In this document: positions 52,704 through 63,424 of the stretch, piece after piece
Layout: the number at the start of each line of letters is the position of its first letter
Numbering within the stretch: position 1 is the first letter of the stretch
Assembly: GCA_964019335.1 (NCBI GenBank)
Contig: OZ025712.1
Coordinates: forward strand, 372,001 to 436,000
Reading direction: 5' to 3'
Length of the DNA stretch: 64,000 bases
From: Diplonema japonicum
Lineage: Eukaryota > Protista > Euglenozoa: Diplonemea
Program-made: the position numbers and the translations under genes
Notes under the pieces: generated by a model
What the model saw: the letters and a program-made list of their open reading frames with translations, nothing else
Databases searched by the model: none
What the model was told of the DNA's origin: nothing

Positions 52704-52858
52704 ATGGGGCTTTGATTGCAACACCAAGTGGCGTTAAGTGTGCAAAAGCCTGAACTGGCTACTTGATTACAGGGGGCGCACCGCGGCCGAGCAGTAGCTT
52801 CTTGCGCGCGGTGTGCAACTCACCCTAGCCGGAGCGTCCCAGGTAACCAAGATTCTGC
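52704..52858 (-). mobile_element. 5'-truncated copy of the ribozyme-headed SINE-like element
   Basis: Aligns to 6694-6873 with an internal deletion. Confidence 0.8.
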
Positions 52859-52908
52859 TTTAAATAAAAAGAAAAGGAGTTATCTAACTTCCATCCCTTT
52901 TCTGTTAA

Positions 52909-54585
52909 CTACTCGAAAAGATCCAATTCATCAGACGCACATGTTTCGCATTTCTTTTTGGTTTTCTCGCACTTGAAATGAGAGCTGCAGGACTCTGAGA
53001 TCTCGTCCCAGTTGCACTGCTTGATCTTTTTGCACACTTTACGAGAAGTGATCTCTTTGCATGGGGCCTCCAGGTTTGCAGTCGCGACGCCCATGAACCT
53101 GACAGGTTTCAACGTGATGGGGATGCTTTCTGCTTCCCCGTTACGAAAAGCTTTTCTAAAGACCACCATTTTGCGTTCTTCCTTCCCAGCACCGACCTGA
53201 AACGTGGGCCCGCAGGAGCTGGCGAACCAACCCTCTGAAAGGAGGTATGCGGGGAGCCCTCCGTTAGTCTTTGAGCTACATGGCGGGCAGTGCTCTAGAT
53301 AGACATACACATAGCATGTGTCTGCGCAGCATGGGATTCGGAGCTCGGTTCCTCTCTTCACCTCAAGAGGCGGCAGGTACGCCGTCGTCTCGTCCAGGAA
53401 TGGGGGCAGCACTTTGAGCGCAGCTTCGTCATGGTTGCTCCACCCCGTCATGCCTGCCTTCGCAGTGACAATGTCAAACTTCGTGATTGGGTTCGCCGTC
53501 ACAATGCACTCGGCTTTTAACTTCGCAGCCCCCGCCTCCTTGAAATCGTCGAGGGTAAGCCCATCAGACTCTTCTTCTTCTACCTTCGGCTTCTTCCCCT
53601 TCACCACGGGGTGCGGCGCCTCAACTTCTTTGACTTTCGGCGGCTCGGGAAGACACTCGAATATAGTGATCCCCTCGCCGTCTGCCACTAATGCCCTGAA
53701 CTCCACGACAGCCAAACTCAGCGCTTTCCCCGTCGTCTTTTTCGTACCCGTCTTCACAGCTTTCCGTGGATCCTTCACATCGACTATGACAAGTCCCTCA
53801 TCAGTAGCAGCAAAGACATAGCCCCTGTACCACAATACATCGTTAACTGTGCTTCCTAAATCTAGACGCAGTGCCTCTTCCAAGCTGTCGGGGTTCAGAG
53901 TGAGGTATGCTCGGAGCTCTGTGCCAACTCCGACGTAGATGAACTCCATGAAAGCGCTGATGGAGGTGGGGACTTGTACAGTGTTCAAAGAGGAGCGGAG
54001 GTTGAAGAGATGAGGAACAGTGATGTCATAAGTGAGGATCACACCTGCAGAGGTGGCTGCGTGCAGAAGGTTGCCGATTACGCAGGCGTCGCTGACCAAC
54101 CCATTGACGATGATTTTACTGAGGACAGTGGGGTCAGAGGGTTCGGTCGCGCTGATGATGTACAAGGTGGAGACTGTAGACGTCTGCAGGAATAGGTACA
54201 CGTGGTCCTTTTTCGCAGCAACTGCGGTTGCTCTGCCTTCTATTTTACGGAGCTTGAAGTGCCCTACTAGTCTAGGGTTGCGCATGTCAGAGATGTCAAG
54301 AACTTTAAGCCCTCCCATCGAGTCTGCCACGTACATCAGTTGCTCTTCTACCCAGCTCCTCACTGGCTCTAGTACCTCCACCTCGATGCCCACCTTTGGT
54401 TTATCGATTGCTGTCAAGTCGATATGCCGCACCACTCCTGTCTTCCCCTCCAAACCATACACAGTCCCGTTCACCTCTTTCAAGGAGTTATACATAACGT
54501 TCTCATTCTTCAACGATCCCACCTCCTCTAAGAAGGCATAACCCTGCGTCCCTGCAAGGTACAAGAGCAACAACACATGTTTCAT
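52909..54585 (-). CDS. Secreted LVIVD-repeat protein with Cys-rich C-terminal domain, paralog A
   Basis: Signal peptide; YVAD..GGLKVLDISD..NP and GLVIVDVKDP repeats; HCPPCS..NGGLP..GW..C.P.F. Confidence 0.85.
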   Translation of the reverse strand: MKHVLLLLYLAGTQGYAFLEEVGSLKNENVMYNSLKEVNGTVYGLEGKTGVVRHIDLTAIDKPKVGIEVEVLEPVRSWVEEQLMYVADSMGGLKVLDISDMRNPRLVGHFKLRKIEGRATAVAAKKDHVYLFLQTSTVSTLYIISATEPSDPTVLSKIIVNGLVSDACVIGNLLHAATSAGVILTYDITVPHLFNLRSSLNTVQVPTSISAFMEFIYVGVGTELRAYLTLNPDSLEEALRLDLGSTVNDVLWYRGYVFAATDEGLVIVDVKDPRKAVKTGTKKTTGKALSLAVVEFRALVADGEGITIFECLPEPPKVKEVEAPHPVVKGKKPKVEEEESDGLTLDDFKEAGAAKLKAECIVTANPITKFDIVTAKAGMTGWSNHDEAALKVLPPFLDETTAYLPPLEVKRGTELRIPCCADTCYVYVYLEHCPPCSSKTNGGLPAYLLSEGWFASSCGPTFQVGAGKEERKMVVFRKAFRNGEAESIPITLKPVRFMGVATANLEAPCKEITSRKVCKKIKQCNWDEISESCSSHFKCEKTKKKCETCASDELDLFE

Positions 54586-55164
54586 TCTTCCTTTGCCAAC
54601 CCCCCCTCCTGATCGTAGTGAAAACTGGCCAACGGTTAACAATCGGGGAAACGAAAAGTCAAGTAGAAGCAAAGATGAAAGAGGCTAAATACCACTACCA
54701 TACCGCAGTGAACGATTGTCAAAGAAACGGGTTCACAGTCAGCCCATCGGCGATACACAAGGCAACAGCCCCATCTGTTTAAGAAGCAGCGTAAAGACAA
54801 AATGTTGTAGTGGTGGGCATATACCCTGATACTTGGTGACCAGCAGGAGAAGTGTCGTAGAGCTGCAGGAGGTTATCTCCCTTGGGGAAACGGGGAAACC
54901 TGCTGGGCAGCGCTCCTTCGCTCTGCGTGCCTACTGCGCTTGTCTTCGTGCTTTGCAACTCCTTCGTTGGCGGTTGGAGGAGAAAAGAAAAGAGAAAAAT
55001 GTGAAAACAGGTAAGTTTCCCCTTATACTTTAAATCTATTGAAAGAGAGGTAAGATAGATGCAACATGATTCTAATCGGAGCACAGGGAAACGGGGGACA
55101 GGAGGGCAGAGGTCCTTACTCCTGCGCACGTGATGGGGAGTTTCACAGAATGAACAATAAAGAA

Positions 55165-57774
55165 CTACTTCACAACAGGTGCACACGAGCACCTCTCGAA
55201 TCGTGACAAATCGTGCCTCTTAAGTGGACAAGCAGGCGGCAGAGGAAGGTAGGCATTGATCTGTGTGTCCCATTGGCACGAAGGTCCTATTCCACTGTGG
55301 CTGTCTCGACTGCACACAGTGGCCTCTGTCACAGCAAACGCAGTAAACAGTGCTGCCTTGTTGAGTAGCGGCAGTGTTTCCACTTCATCCTTGTACAGCC
55401 TTTTGTGGAAGCCAGCCAGAGGGTGGTATTTTCCATATACCTCAAGCTGGAACCCAGGTGCACATTTAACTGGGCTCCATCCCTGGTTGAGCACCATGTT
55501 GGGCAGACCCCCGTTGCGCATCGAGGAGCAGGGCATGCAGTGCTCTGTTAAAATGTAAAAGTCGCATGCACTGTGGGGGCAAGTAAAACGCAGCTGTGAA
55601 CCCTCACCCAGCACCTCGAGGGGGAGATGCATAGTGGCGCTTACTAAGAAAGTAGGAATACCAACTAGCCTGGACTCGGGGTACCCTTGCCATAGTTGCG
55701 ACATGTCGTTTGCCTTGCTTGTGCCGATGGGCACGGAACAGTCGACCATTGCAACTGAGGGGCTCTTTGTAACAGGGGGTTTAGTTATAATGTTTGGCTT
55801 TGCAGGGCGTGTGTCAGGGATGTTAGTGTACGTACTTGTACCGCTTCTGTTCGCTGTTACTGAGATGCTCCTCATAACAACCCCCCCCTCACTCGCAGTG
55901 GACATAGGGTCTGTTGAGGGCAGCCCGTTGATGATCTTGACTCCCTCGTCATCCGTAAGGTACACTCTGAACTCTGAGATGCCGAGTGACTTTGCTCCTC
56001 CCACTGTCTTTCTTAAGGCGATCCTGTTCCCTTTCCGTGGATCCTTCACATCGACTATGACAAGTCCCTCATCAGTAGCAGCAAAGACATAGCCCCTGTA
56101 CCACAATACATCGTTAACTGTGCTTCCTAAATCTAGACGCAGTGCCTCTTCCAAGCTGTCGGGGTTCAGAGTGAGGTATGCTCGGAGCTCTGTGCCAACT
56201 CCGACGTAGATGAACTCCATGAAAGCGCTGATGGAGGTGGGGACTTGTACAGTGTTCAAAGAGGAGCGGAGGTTGAAAGTACGGGGGTTGGAGATGTCGA
56301 AGGTGAGGATCGTGTGATAGCTTGTGAGGATGTACAGCCTATCGCCGTATGCGAGGCTATCGTGATGGCCACCCTTGACGTTCATCTTGCCCAAGCCGAA
56401 AGGGATTTGCGGTACTGTTGTGTCAACGATGTACAGGTACGACGTATATGGTGATGTCACGAACATGTAGGCAATACCCTTCGAGCTGACTACTGCCTCT
56501 ACAATGCCCTCTGTCACTGACAATGCAAAGTGCCCTGTATACTTCGGCTCTCCAGGTATGCTAGCATTGTACAACAGCATGCCGCCCTCTGTGTCGGCTA
56601 CATACAGCATGCCACTTGCATACCACACTTTCCCTGGGTTGGTTGTGTCAATACTGCGCACAAAGACAGGGTACCGAGGGTCCATGCAGTTGAAGACAGC
56701 GAAGCCTTGTTTCTCACGAATGAGGTACATGTGTGTTTCCACAGACACGAAGCCCTTGACCGATGCATCCAGCTTGATTACTGACTCCAGGTTCGCAGGT
56801 GGCGGTGCTGGTGTGTCGTCTTCAAGGATATCTTTCCTTTGCATTTGAAGGCTGGTTTTATGCAGCAAGTCGAGGATAGAGACCTTCATGACCTCACTGT
56901 CTGTAGCAGCTACAATATATACAGTCTCTGCTGTGAGCACCACACTGCTGATTGAAACATCTCTTGCAGCCTGCCCCCTCACTTCCACATCTGAAGGGTT
57001 GCTGAAGTCTAGTGCAAACAAGCCTTTATCTGTTCCCGCAAATATCAAAGAACCGACAGCAGCCACACTGTTAGTAGTTCCTTCGATCTCCTTGACGCCT
57101 ATTTGCTTTATGTCCATTGGATCAGCAATATCTAGCAAAACCAAAGCATCAAGCCCACCTGCAGCCAGCACTGCAGGTGAGACGACTTCAAGACATGAAC
57201 AAGGTCTACCTGTCAGATACTCGGTTTTCAAGGTGCCTGCTTGAATATCATACACATAAACACTACCACTGGGGGAAGCTGCATAGATCACATCATTGTG
57301 CAAGACACTTGATGCGATGGTTGTGGGAAGTATCAACTTGCGCGTTTTGTACAAGTCACCAGGGGAAGCTACATTCACTGTGGTCAGTGTATGGGTGGTA
57401 CCTGAGGTAGCAAAGACATGGGCATGGTGCCCTGAGACAAGCACATCATGTGTCCTTCCCTTGATGCTAAGCTCCCCTCTAAGGGCAGGTTGCTGAGGCT
57501 GAGTGACATCATAAATCTTTAGAGCCCCATCCTTGCAAACTACATACATAAGGCTGCCCACTACTCTGAGTTTTGTGAGGGTTTTAGTGGACTCAAGTGC
57601 TACTACTTTCTCCAGCTGTTCATTGACCCCTACAGCACCTTCCCAGCTACTAAGGAGGTATAGTGTTCCTTGTACATTGGTTGCACTTGTTACCTTTGGT
57701 ATCTTCTTCCTCACAGCTATCTCCATCTGCAGGACCTCTGCACACAGTGTCATTAACAGAGTAACCAGCAACAT
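55165..57774 (-). CDS. Secreted LVIVD-repeat protein with Cys-rich C-terminal domain, paralog B
   Basis: Same architecture with a doubled repeat region; 247-bp block identical to paralog A. Confidence 0.85.
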   Translation of the reverse strand: MLLVTLLMTLCAEVLQMEIAVRKKIPKVTSATNVQGTLYLLSSWEGAVGVNEQLEKVVALESTKTLTKLRVVGSLMYVVCKDGALKIYDVTQPQQPALRGELSIKGRTHDVLVSGHHAHVFATSGTTHTLTTVNVASPGDLYKTRKLILPTTIASSVLHNDVIYAASPSGSVYVYDIQAGTLKTEYLTGRPCSCLEVVSPAVLAAGGLDALVLLDIADPMDIKQIGVKEIEGTTNSVAAVGSLIFAGTDKGLFALDFSNPSDVEVRGQAARDVSISSVVLTAETVYIVAATDSEVMKVSILDLLHKTSLQMQRKDILEDDTPAPPPANLESVIKLDASVKGFVSVETHMYLIREKQGFAVFNCMDPRYPVFVRSIDTTNPGKVWYASGMLYVADTEGGMLLYNASIPGEPKYTGHFALSVTEGIVEAVVSSKGIAYMFVTSPYTSYLYIVDTTVPQIPFGLGKMNVKGGHHDSLAYGDRLYILTSYHTILTFDISNPRTFNLRSSLNTVQVPTSISAFMEFIYVGVGTELRAYLTLNPDSLEEALRLDLGSTVNDVLWYRGYVFAATDEGLVIVDVKDPRKGNRIALRKTVGGAKSLGISEFRVYLTDDEGVKIINGLPSTDPMSTASEGGVVMRSISVTANRSGTSTYTNIPDTRPAKPNIITKPPVTKSPSVAMVDCSVPIGTSKANDMSQLWQGYPESRLVGIPTFLVSATMHLPLEVLGEGSQLRFTCPHSACDFYILTEHCMPCSSMRNGGLPNMVLNQGWSPVKCAPGFQLEVYGKYHPLAGFHKRLYKDEVETLPLLNKAALFTAFAVTEATVCSRDSHSGIGPSCQWDTQINAYLPLPPACPLKRHDLSRFERCSCAPVVK

Positions 57775-58729
57775 TACAATACCTGGAAGCCTTGTTATTT
57801 TTTTCGGGTGAGTAGAAAAAGAGTTAGTGGAGAAATGCAGAATAACAAGGGGGGGGGTGCATCCTTCCCTCTCCTTAAAGAAAAGGGGTGGAGTGTAACC
57901 ACCATGGTGGGGCTAATTCAAAGGCTGATTTGCCATTTTTTACTTAACCCATAACATTCTGGGGCCTATCTACATAGGGGTCCCTTTTTTGCTCCTTTTC
58001 ATAATTTGAGGGGGGAAATGGCAGCATTTAACCCCTGTTTGCAGGTAAAACGGGTTTTTTTGGACCAGGAAAATTAAAAAAAAAGTTCAAAAATTAATAA
58101 AAATACAAAGGAGATGAAGAGTTGAGTGCTATAGGGTGCTCAAAAACGACCATGTCAAAATGGGTTGTGCATGGGGGGGTGTAAATTGAGCATCTTGGGA
58201 CAAAAAAGGCAGCATCAGGACCCCTCAGATGTCTCAGACCAAGAGAAGTGCCTATTATTGGGGTGTGTGCACCACTAGTTGGGTGAGGTGTGGTGTTTTT
58301 GCAATGCTGGACCCATCAATTAGGCTCTCTTGAAAGCACTCTTTAGAGCTCTTTAAAAGCAGCCAGGGTTATTTGAAGTGCATGGCAGTTAACTATTGTC
58401 ACTTCTAGCAGTGATGGGTGAATCCTAATTAGGACTAGACTGGACTGGATCTGGTGTGAATTTCGACCCAATTATGCCAGACTGACCAGACTGACCAGAC
58501 TGGACTGGACTGAACTGGACCAGACCAGACAAGATACAACCACAACACCACATCCCCCTTTTTTTTTTGCTGCAGAGTTCAAACATATAAACAGATGTCT
58601 ACAAGAAAAGATGTTACACAGGTACTGAGAGACAACAACAACAACAATGAGAAATGAAGAAAAAAGAAATAAAGAGGTAAAAGGAAATCCCTGATCTGGG
58701 ATGTCCTGTCTTGTTCTTCTACCTGCCCC

Positions 58730-59552
58730 TATCTCCCTTCAGTGGCTTTAGTCTTTCCTTTTTGGGCTGAGCCCACTCCCTCATGGCACTCACCCGCTCC
58801 TTCTGCCACTGCTGTCTCAGTTTCTGGAGGTCCTTCTTTGTCTGTTCTGAGATGTGCAGTGGTCTTCTGTCCCAGCCCAAGACCTTTCTCCCCCCTATGG
58901 TCCTCAGGCTGTGGTTCCACCATTGCTCTGCTGGTCTGGCACCACTGCTCTACTGGTATGGCTCTGTGTCCCCTGACCTTCCTCCTTATCCACGCATCCT
59001 GCCAGCCTTCCTGCAGCCTCACCAGCAGGCCATGCAGCCATCTCACCTTTTTCCCTATTAGTGTCAGGTCTCACCCAACCAGCAACTTCATTGTGCTGTT
59101 CTCGAAGTCCAGTGCTAGCTCTATTGTCATGACCGTTGTTCTCCTCAGGCCCCAGTACCACTTCCCCCTAGCCATTTGATGCTTTTTGAGCATCCCACCC
59201 TCAGCCTCTCCCACATTTCATGCATGAAACATTCCTTCCCTTCCTTCAGCTTCTGTGTGAACCCCATCCAGCCAAGACCCACTTTTGGAAGCCACCTTCA
59301 CAGCATATTGTCTACTGGACCTAGTGGTGTTGTTCTTCCTTCCTCATGGTATGCTACTGCCAGCCTTTCACCTCTCCCACACTGTCCCCTTCTTCTGGTG
59401 CACCCTGTGGAATAGAGCCATTGCCTCTCATTGTCCTTCTGCACTTTGCCATCCATCCATAACCTCACCCCTAGTACCTTCACCTTGTTGGCAGTACCCA
59501 GCTTCCACCCATCCACCTTTATCCTTGGTGCCTTGCCACTGACCAGGAACAC
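58730..59552 (-). pseudogene. Decayed non-LTR retrotransposon ORF fragment (post-RT region)
   Basis: IKVDGWKLGTANKVKVLGV resembles the RT thumb motif; multiple stops; CpG-depleted. Confidence 0.45.
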
Positions 59553-59559
59553 CTAAAAA

Positions 59560-60264
59560 AAAGAAACCAGCTGGGGTTGAGCTACACACTGCATGCATTA
59601 AGGACACGACACAGAATGCAGAAGCAGCCAAGGTGCACCCCCTGTCACAGAAATATGGAAATATAAGAAGTACATCAGATGTGTTGTTCACTGTTGACCT
59701 CCATGTTGGTCATCACTGGTTGTGCCCAAGTGGAGGAACGTATTGCAGATGCTCAGGGTGATGAACTGGCAGCAAACTACACAGGCCCAGAATCTTAGTT
59801 ACCAGGGCCATGGCTGGTGTTGAGCTGCACACTGCACACATTAAGGACACAACACGGAATATTGTGCTGTCAGTGTTGTGGTGATATAGTCACCACTTTC
59901 AACCTTGATGATGCAAAGAGGAAAAAAAAAGGGGGGGAAAAAAACTAGTTTGACACTCCATTTGTTTGTGCACACGAGCGGAATTTTACCTAATAAAATA
60001 GCTCATTACACTGCCATCAACTAGTTTTAGTCTTGACAATAATATTGTTAAAACAAAAAAAAAAGTAAGGAATTCCCTGTTCTGCCAAGTTCCGACTTTC
60101 AGTTTGGCAGAAGAATGGAACGACCCAATCCTGCACAAGCAGAATCTTGGTTACCCAGGACGCCCCGGCTGGGGTTGAGCTGAACACCACACACATTAAG
60201 GACACGACACGGAATGCAGAAGAAGCTACAACTCGGCTGTGGTGTACCCCCTGTAATCAAGTAG
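59560..60264 (+). mobile_element. Decayed copies of the SINE-like element (59560-59645, 59650-59860, 60139-60264)
   Basis: Reverse-complement matches to 6750-7005. Confidence 0.75.
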
Positions 60265-61281
60265 TCTTGTGCAGGTCCTTTAACTCATATATCTCTCACC
60301 ACGGCCAGGTTGTAGCTTCTTCTGTGTTCTGCATCAATCACCACAGCTGGGTTGTATTACATCCAAATACAACATTTCCAGACATTTGTACATACCTGCA
60401 GCTGCAGTGCACCAGAGTAGATAGGTGCAAATGGCTTGATGGAGCTGTGCATGTCTGTGGTATGAAGAAGAAGAAAAAGAAAAAAAAAAAAAAAAAAAAA
60501 GGCAAAAAAAAAAAAAAAAAAAAAAAATCATTGTCCAAAAATATTTGAAAAAAAAGTGTTTGCAGGTGTGTCAAAAATTGCGGTGCATTTTTGAGTCTGG
60601 TCAGTCCAGTCAGTCCAGCCGATCTGGTCAGTCTAGCCGATCCAGTCAGTCCAGTCAGTCTGGTAAAATGGGTACACCAGACCAGACCAGATTCACCCAT
60701 CACTGCTCAGGGGACTCTTGGAACCAAAAAATTTCTTTGTGTTTTTTGTGTCACAAAGGCCCAAATTTAGGCTGGGGCTTGCATTTTTTTGGCACTTTTG
60801 GTTTCAAAGGTTCAAAAAAAGAGGTCCTAGGTTTGGGTGGGATGTGAGGCAAGGCTCATACTACCTTGTTGTGACTATGTAAAAAGAAAAAAAAAAGAAA
60901 AAAAAATTAAAAAAAATGTCAGGGGGTTTGGAGACCTGCTTTGAAAAAAATATTAAAAAGAGGCCTTTGCAAGAAAAGTACAATGCAAAAAGAAAAAAAA
61001 AAAAAAAAAAAGTAAAAAAAGGGATGGGCAGTGTTGGCCAGACTGGTGGTCTGAGGGGTCTGGCCCACAAACCACCCCAACACCGCAAATTTTCGACACA
61101 CATGATGTATGCAACACAGAGTGCACAACACAGCACGTGTTTTATAACATGTACCACTATGCTGCACAGGGAAAAGCAGGTGTCACAATGTGCACCTCCT
61201 GGTGCACAATATACAAAAGGAAAAAAAAAAAAAAGAAAAAAAAACAATAAGATTTCAGTGTGCATGGGGGTGCTGACTGTT

Positions 61282-61356
<75 letters not shown>

Positions 61357-61372
61357 TTTATCTTCTTTTTCA

Positions 61373-61849
61373 GGTGGTGGGGATAACATGAAAATATAAA
61401 AAAAAACATCAGATGTGTTGTTCACTGTTGACCTCCTCATCTGTCATCACTGAGCAAACCACACAAGTGCAGAATCTTAGTTACCTGGGGCGCCCTGGCT
61501 GGGGTTGAGCTGAACACCACACACATTAAGGACACGACACAGAACGCAGAAGAAGCTACAACCTGGCCGTCCAGCCATCGTGATTAAGGAAATGACACGG
61601 AACACAAAAAGCTACAACTCGGCTGCGGTGATTAAGGACACAATGCAGAACACAGAAGAAGCTACAACCCGGCCATGGTGGTTAAGGAAATGACACGGAA
61701 TGCAAGAAGTTACAACCTGGCTGCAGTGATTAAGGGCATGATGTGGAATGCAGAAGAAGCTACATCCTGGCCGTGGTGATTAAGGAAACGACACAGAACG
61801 CAGAAGAAGCTACAACTCGGCTGTGGTGCGCCCCCCTGTAATCAAGTAG
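61373..61849 (+). mobile_element. SINE-like element copy with deleted P4 and an internal ~49-bp minisatellite (6 units, 61526-61830)
   Basis: Begins GGTGGTGGGGATAACATG; repeated ATTAAGGA..CAGAAGAAGCTACAAC..GG unit. Confidence 0.8.
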
Positions 61850-62449
61850 ACAGTTCTTGTGCAGGGTGCTGCCAACACCGGCCTCCTTTAACTCATATAT
61901 TTATCTCCTTTCTATTATTTTCAGGTGGGGGGGGGGGGATAACATGAAAATATGTGCAACAAACAGGCAGTGCGATGCAGGGGTTGAGCTGTACATTGCA
62001 CATTAGGGGCATGGTGCTGAAAGCAAGGAACCGATCTGTTTACACAGGTTGTATAAACATACCCTCCTCTTGTACATATTATTTATTATTTCCCCCCTTT
62101 TCTATTACATCCAAATACAACATTTGATGTGGAAAGCAGAAACAACAGCTTGGCTTAGGTGTGCGAAAAAATGTGAGAAGACAAGAAAAAAAAGAAGGGA
62201 AAAAAAAAAAGTAAACACATCATGTATGTCAAAAAAAAAATCAAGGATTTTTTTCTCTTTTTTTTTCCCCATTTTCCAAAGGGAAAAAAAAAAAAAAAGA
62301 AAAAAAAAAAGTTGCAAAACTATCAAAAATAATGACAGTGTTGGGGAGAGTCCCATGAGTCCCATGAGTCCTTCCCTCTGTTCCCCTGGATTCCCTCAAA
62401 TTCCCTCAAGGGAATGACCCAACACTGACACAGATGACCTATACCTCTT

Positions 62450-63135
62450 CTCTAGGATCTTGGAGAGGGTGGTCCAGAGTTCCATTCTCCTGCTGGACAG
62501 CTCTGCCACCTGACAAACATGTCAGTACACCCAGGGAAAACTAAAGTTTTTAGCACCAAGAAGGGGTACAGAGGCAAGCTGGCAATGAGGGACACCATAT
62601 TTGGGACAGTGAAAAGCATCACTATGCTGGGGTGCACAGTGTGCTTGCAGCCCACCAGAACGAAGAACACCAAGTTCACCACAGCGCTGGATGTGGTCGA
62701 CAGGCTCGCAGTAACCCACATCACGAGATCGCGTAAGGCTCTACTGATAGAGGACTGCATCCTCCCAGCGGCACTCTATGGAGTGCTCTACACACCGCCC
62801 ATGGACTCGCTTCTGGACTCCCTCAGGAAGAAGATTACCTCTTGCATATGGGGCCCACACAACCCAACTCGCTTGTCAGGAGCCCTCCTTGGGGTGGCTT
62901 TCAAAGGTCACAGGCTGGACCCTTACTCAGCAGCCGCATACTGCAGAATCACGACGTTTGTGCGAATGATGCAAAGCGACAAAGGGTCTAGGGCACTCGT
63001 TAAGACGTGCAGGGACAAGTACAAGGAAGCTGCCCAGGGCGGGAACCCCCTCGGCCCTTGCAGGATGCTCGGACAGACCCACGAACTGCTGGGGGAACTG
63101 GGGTCCAGCTGGGCACAGTTTGCGCAGCAATGGGT
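62450..63135 (+). pseudogene. Non-LTR retrotransposon remnant (RT C-terminal/thumb region), interrupted by a repeat insertion
   Basis: VHPGKTKV, ITMLGC, ILPAALYG, LRKKITSCIWG. Confidence 0.65.
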
Positions 63136-63424
63136 AAAATCATTGTCCAAAAATATTCGGAAAAAAATTTTTTGCAGGTGTGTCAAAAATTGCAGAAAAT
63201 TTTCGAGTCTGGTCAGTCTGGTCAGTCTGGTAAAATGGGTACACCAGACCGGCGGTGGACATGGCAGACCTTGCCAACTGGTCTGGCAAATAATAGGGGC
63301 AGGGCAGTCCAAGAGGCTGAGTAGTTTCTATTTATCCCTTTAGCATTGCTTATCCACCTACTTCATATTTACCATTCTATTTATTTGCTTACAGCACCAA
63401 CAGGTTTCGCTATCTTTAAAATAT

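Larger units (their letters stand above)
58409..60705. mobile_element. hAT-like inverted termini CAGTGATGGGTGAATC with CCAGACTGA subterminal repeats
   Basis: 16-bp perfect inverted match at 58409-58424 and 60690-60705; related segment at 63138-63250; no TSD seen. Confidence 0.5.
57800..63420. other. Divergent strand-switch region rich in decayed mobile DNA
   Basis: Last minus-strand ATG at 57774, first plus-strand ATG at 63425. Confidence 0.75.

Noticed and set aside
60861-61409. Poly-F/poly-K ORFs here and throughout intergenic DNA
   Set aside because: Artefacts of homopolymer tracts.
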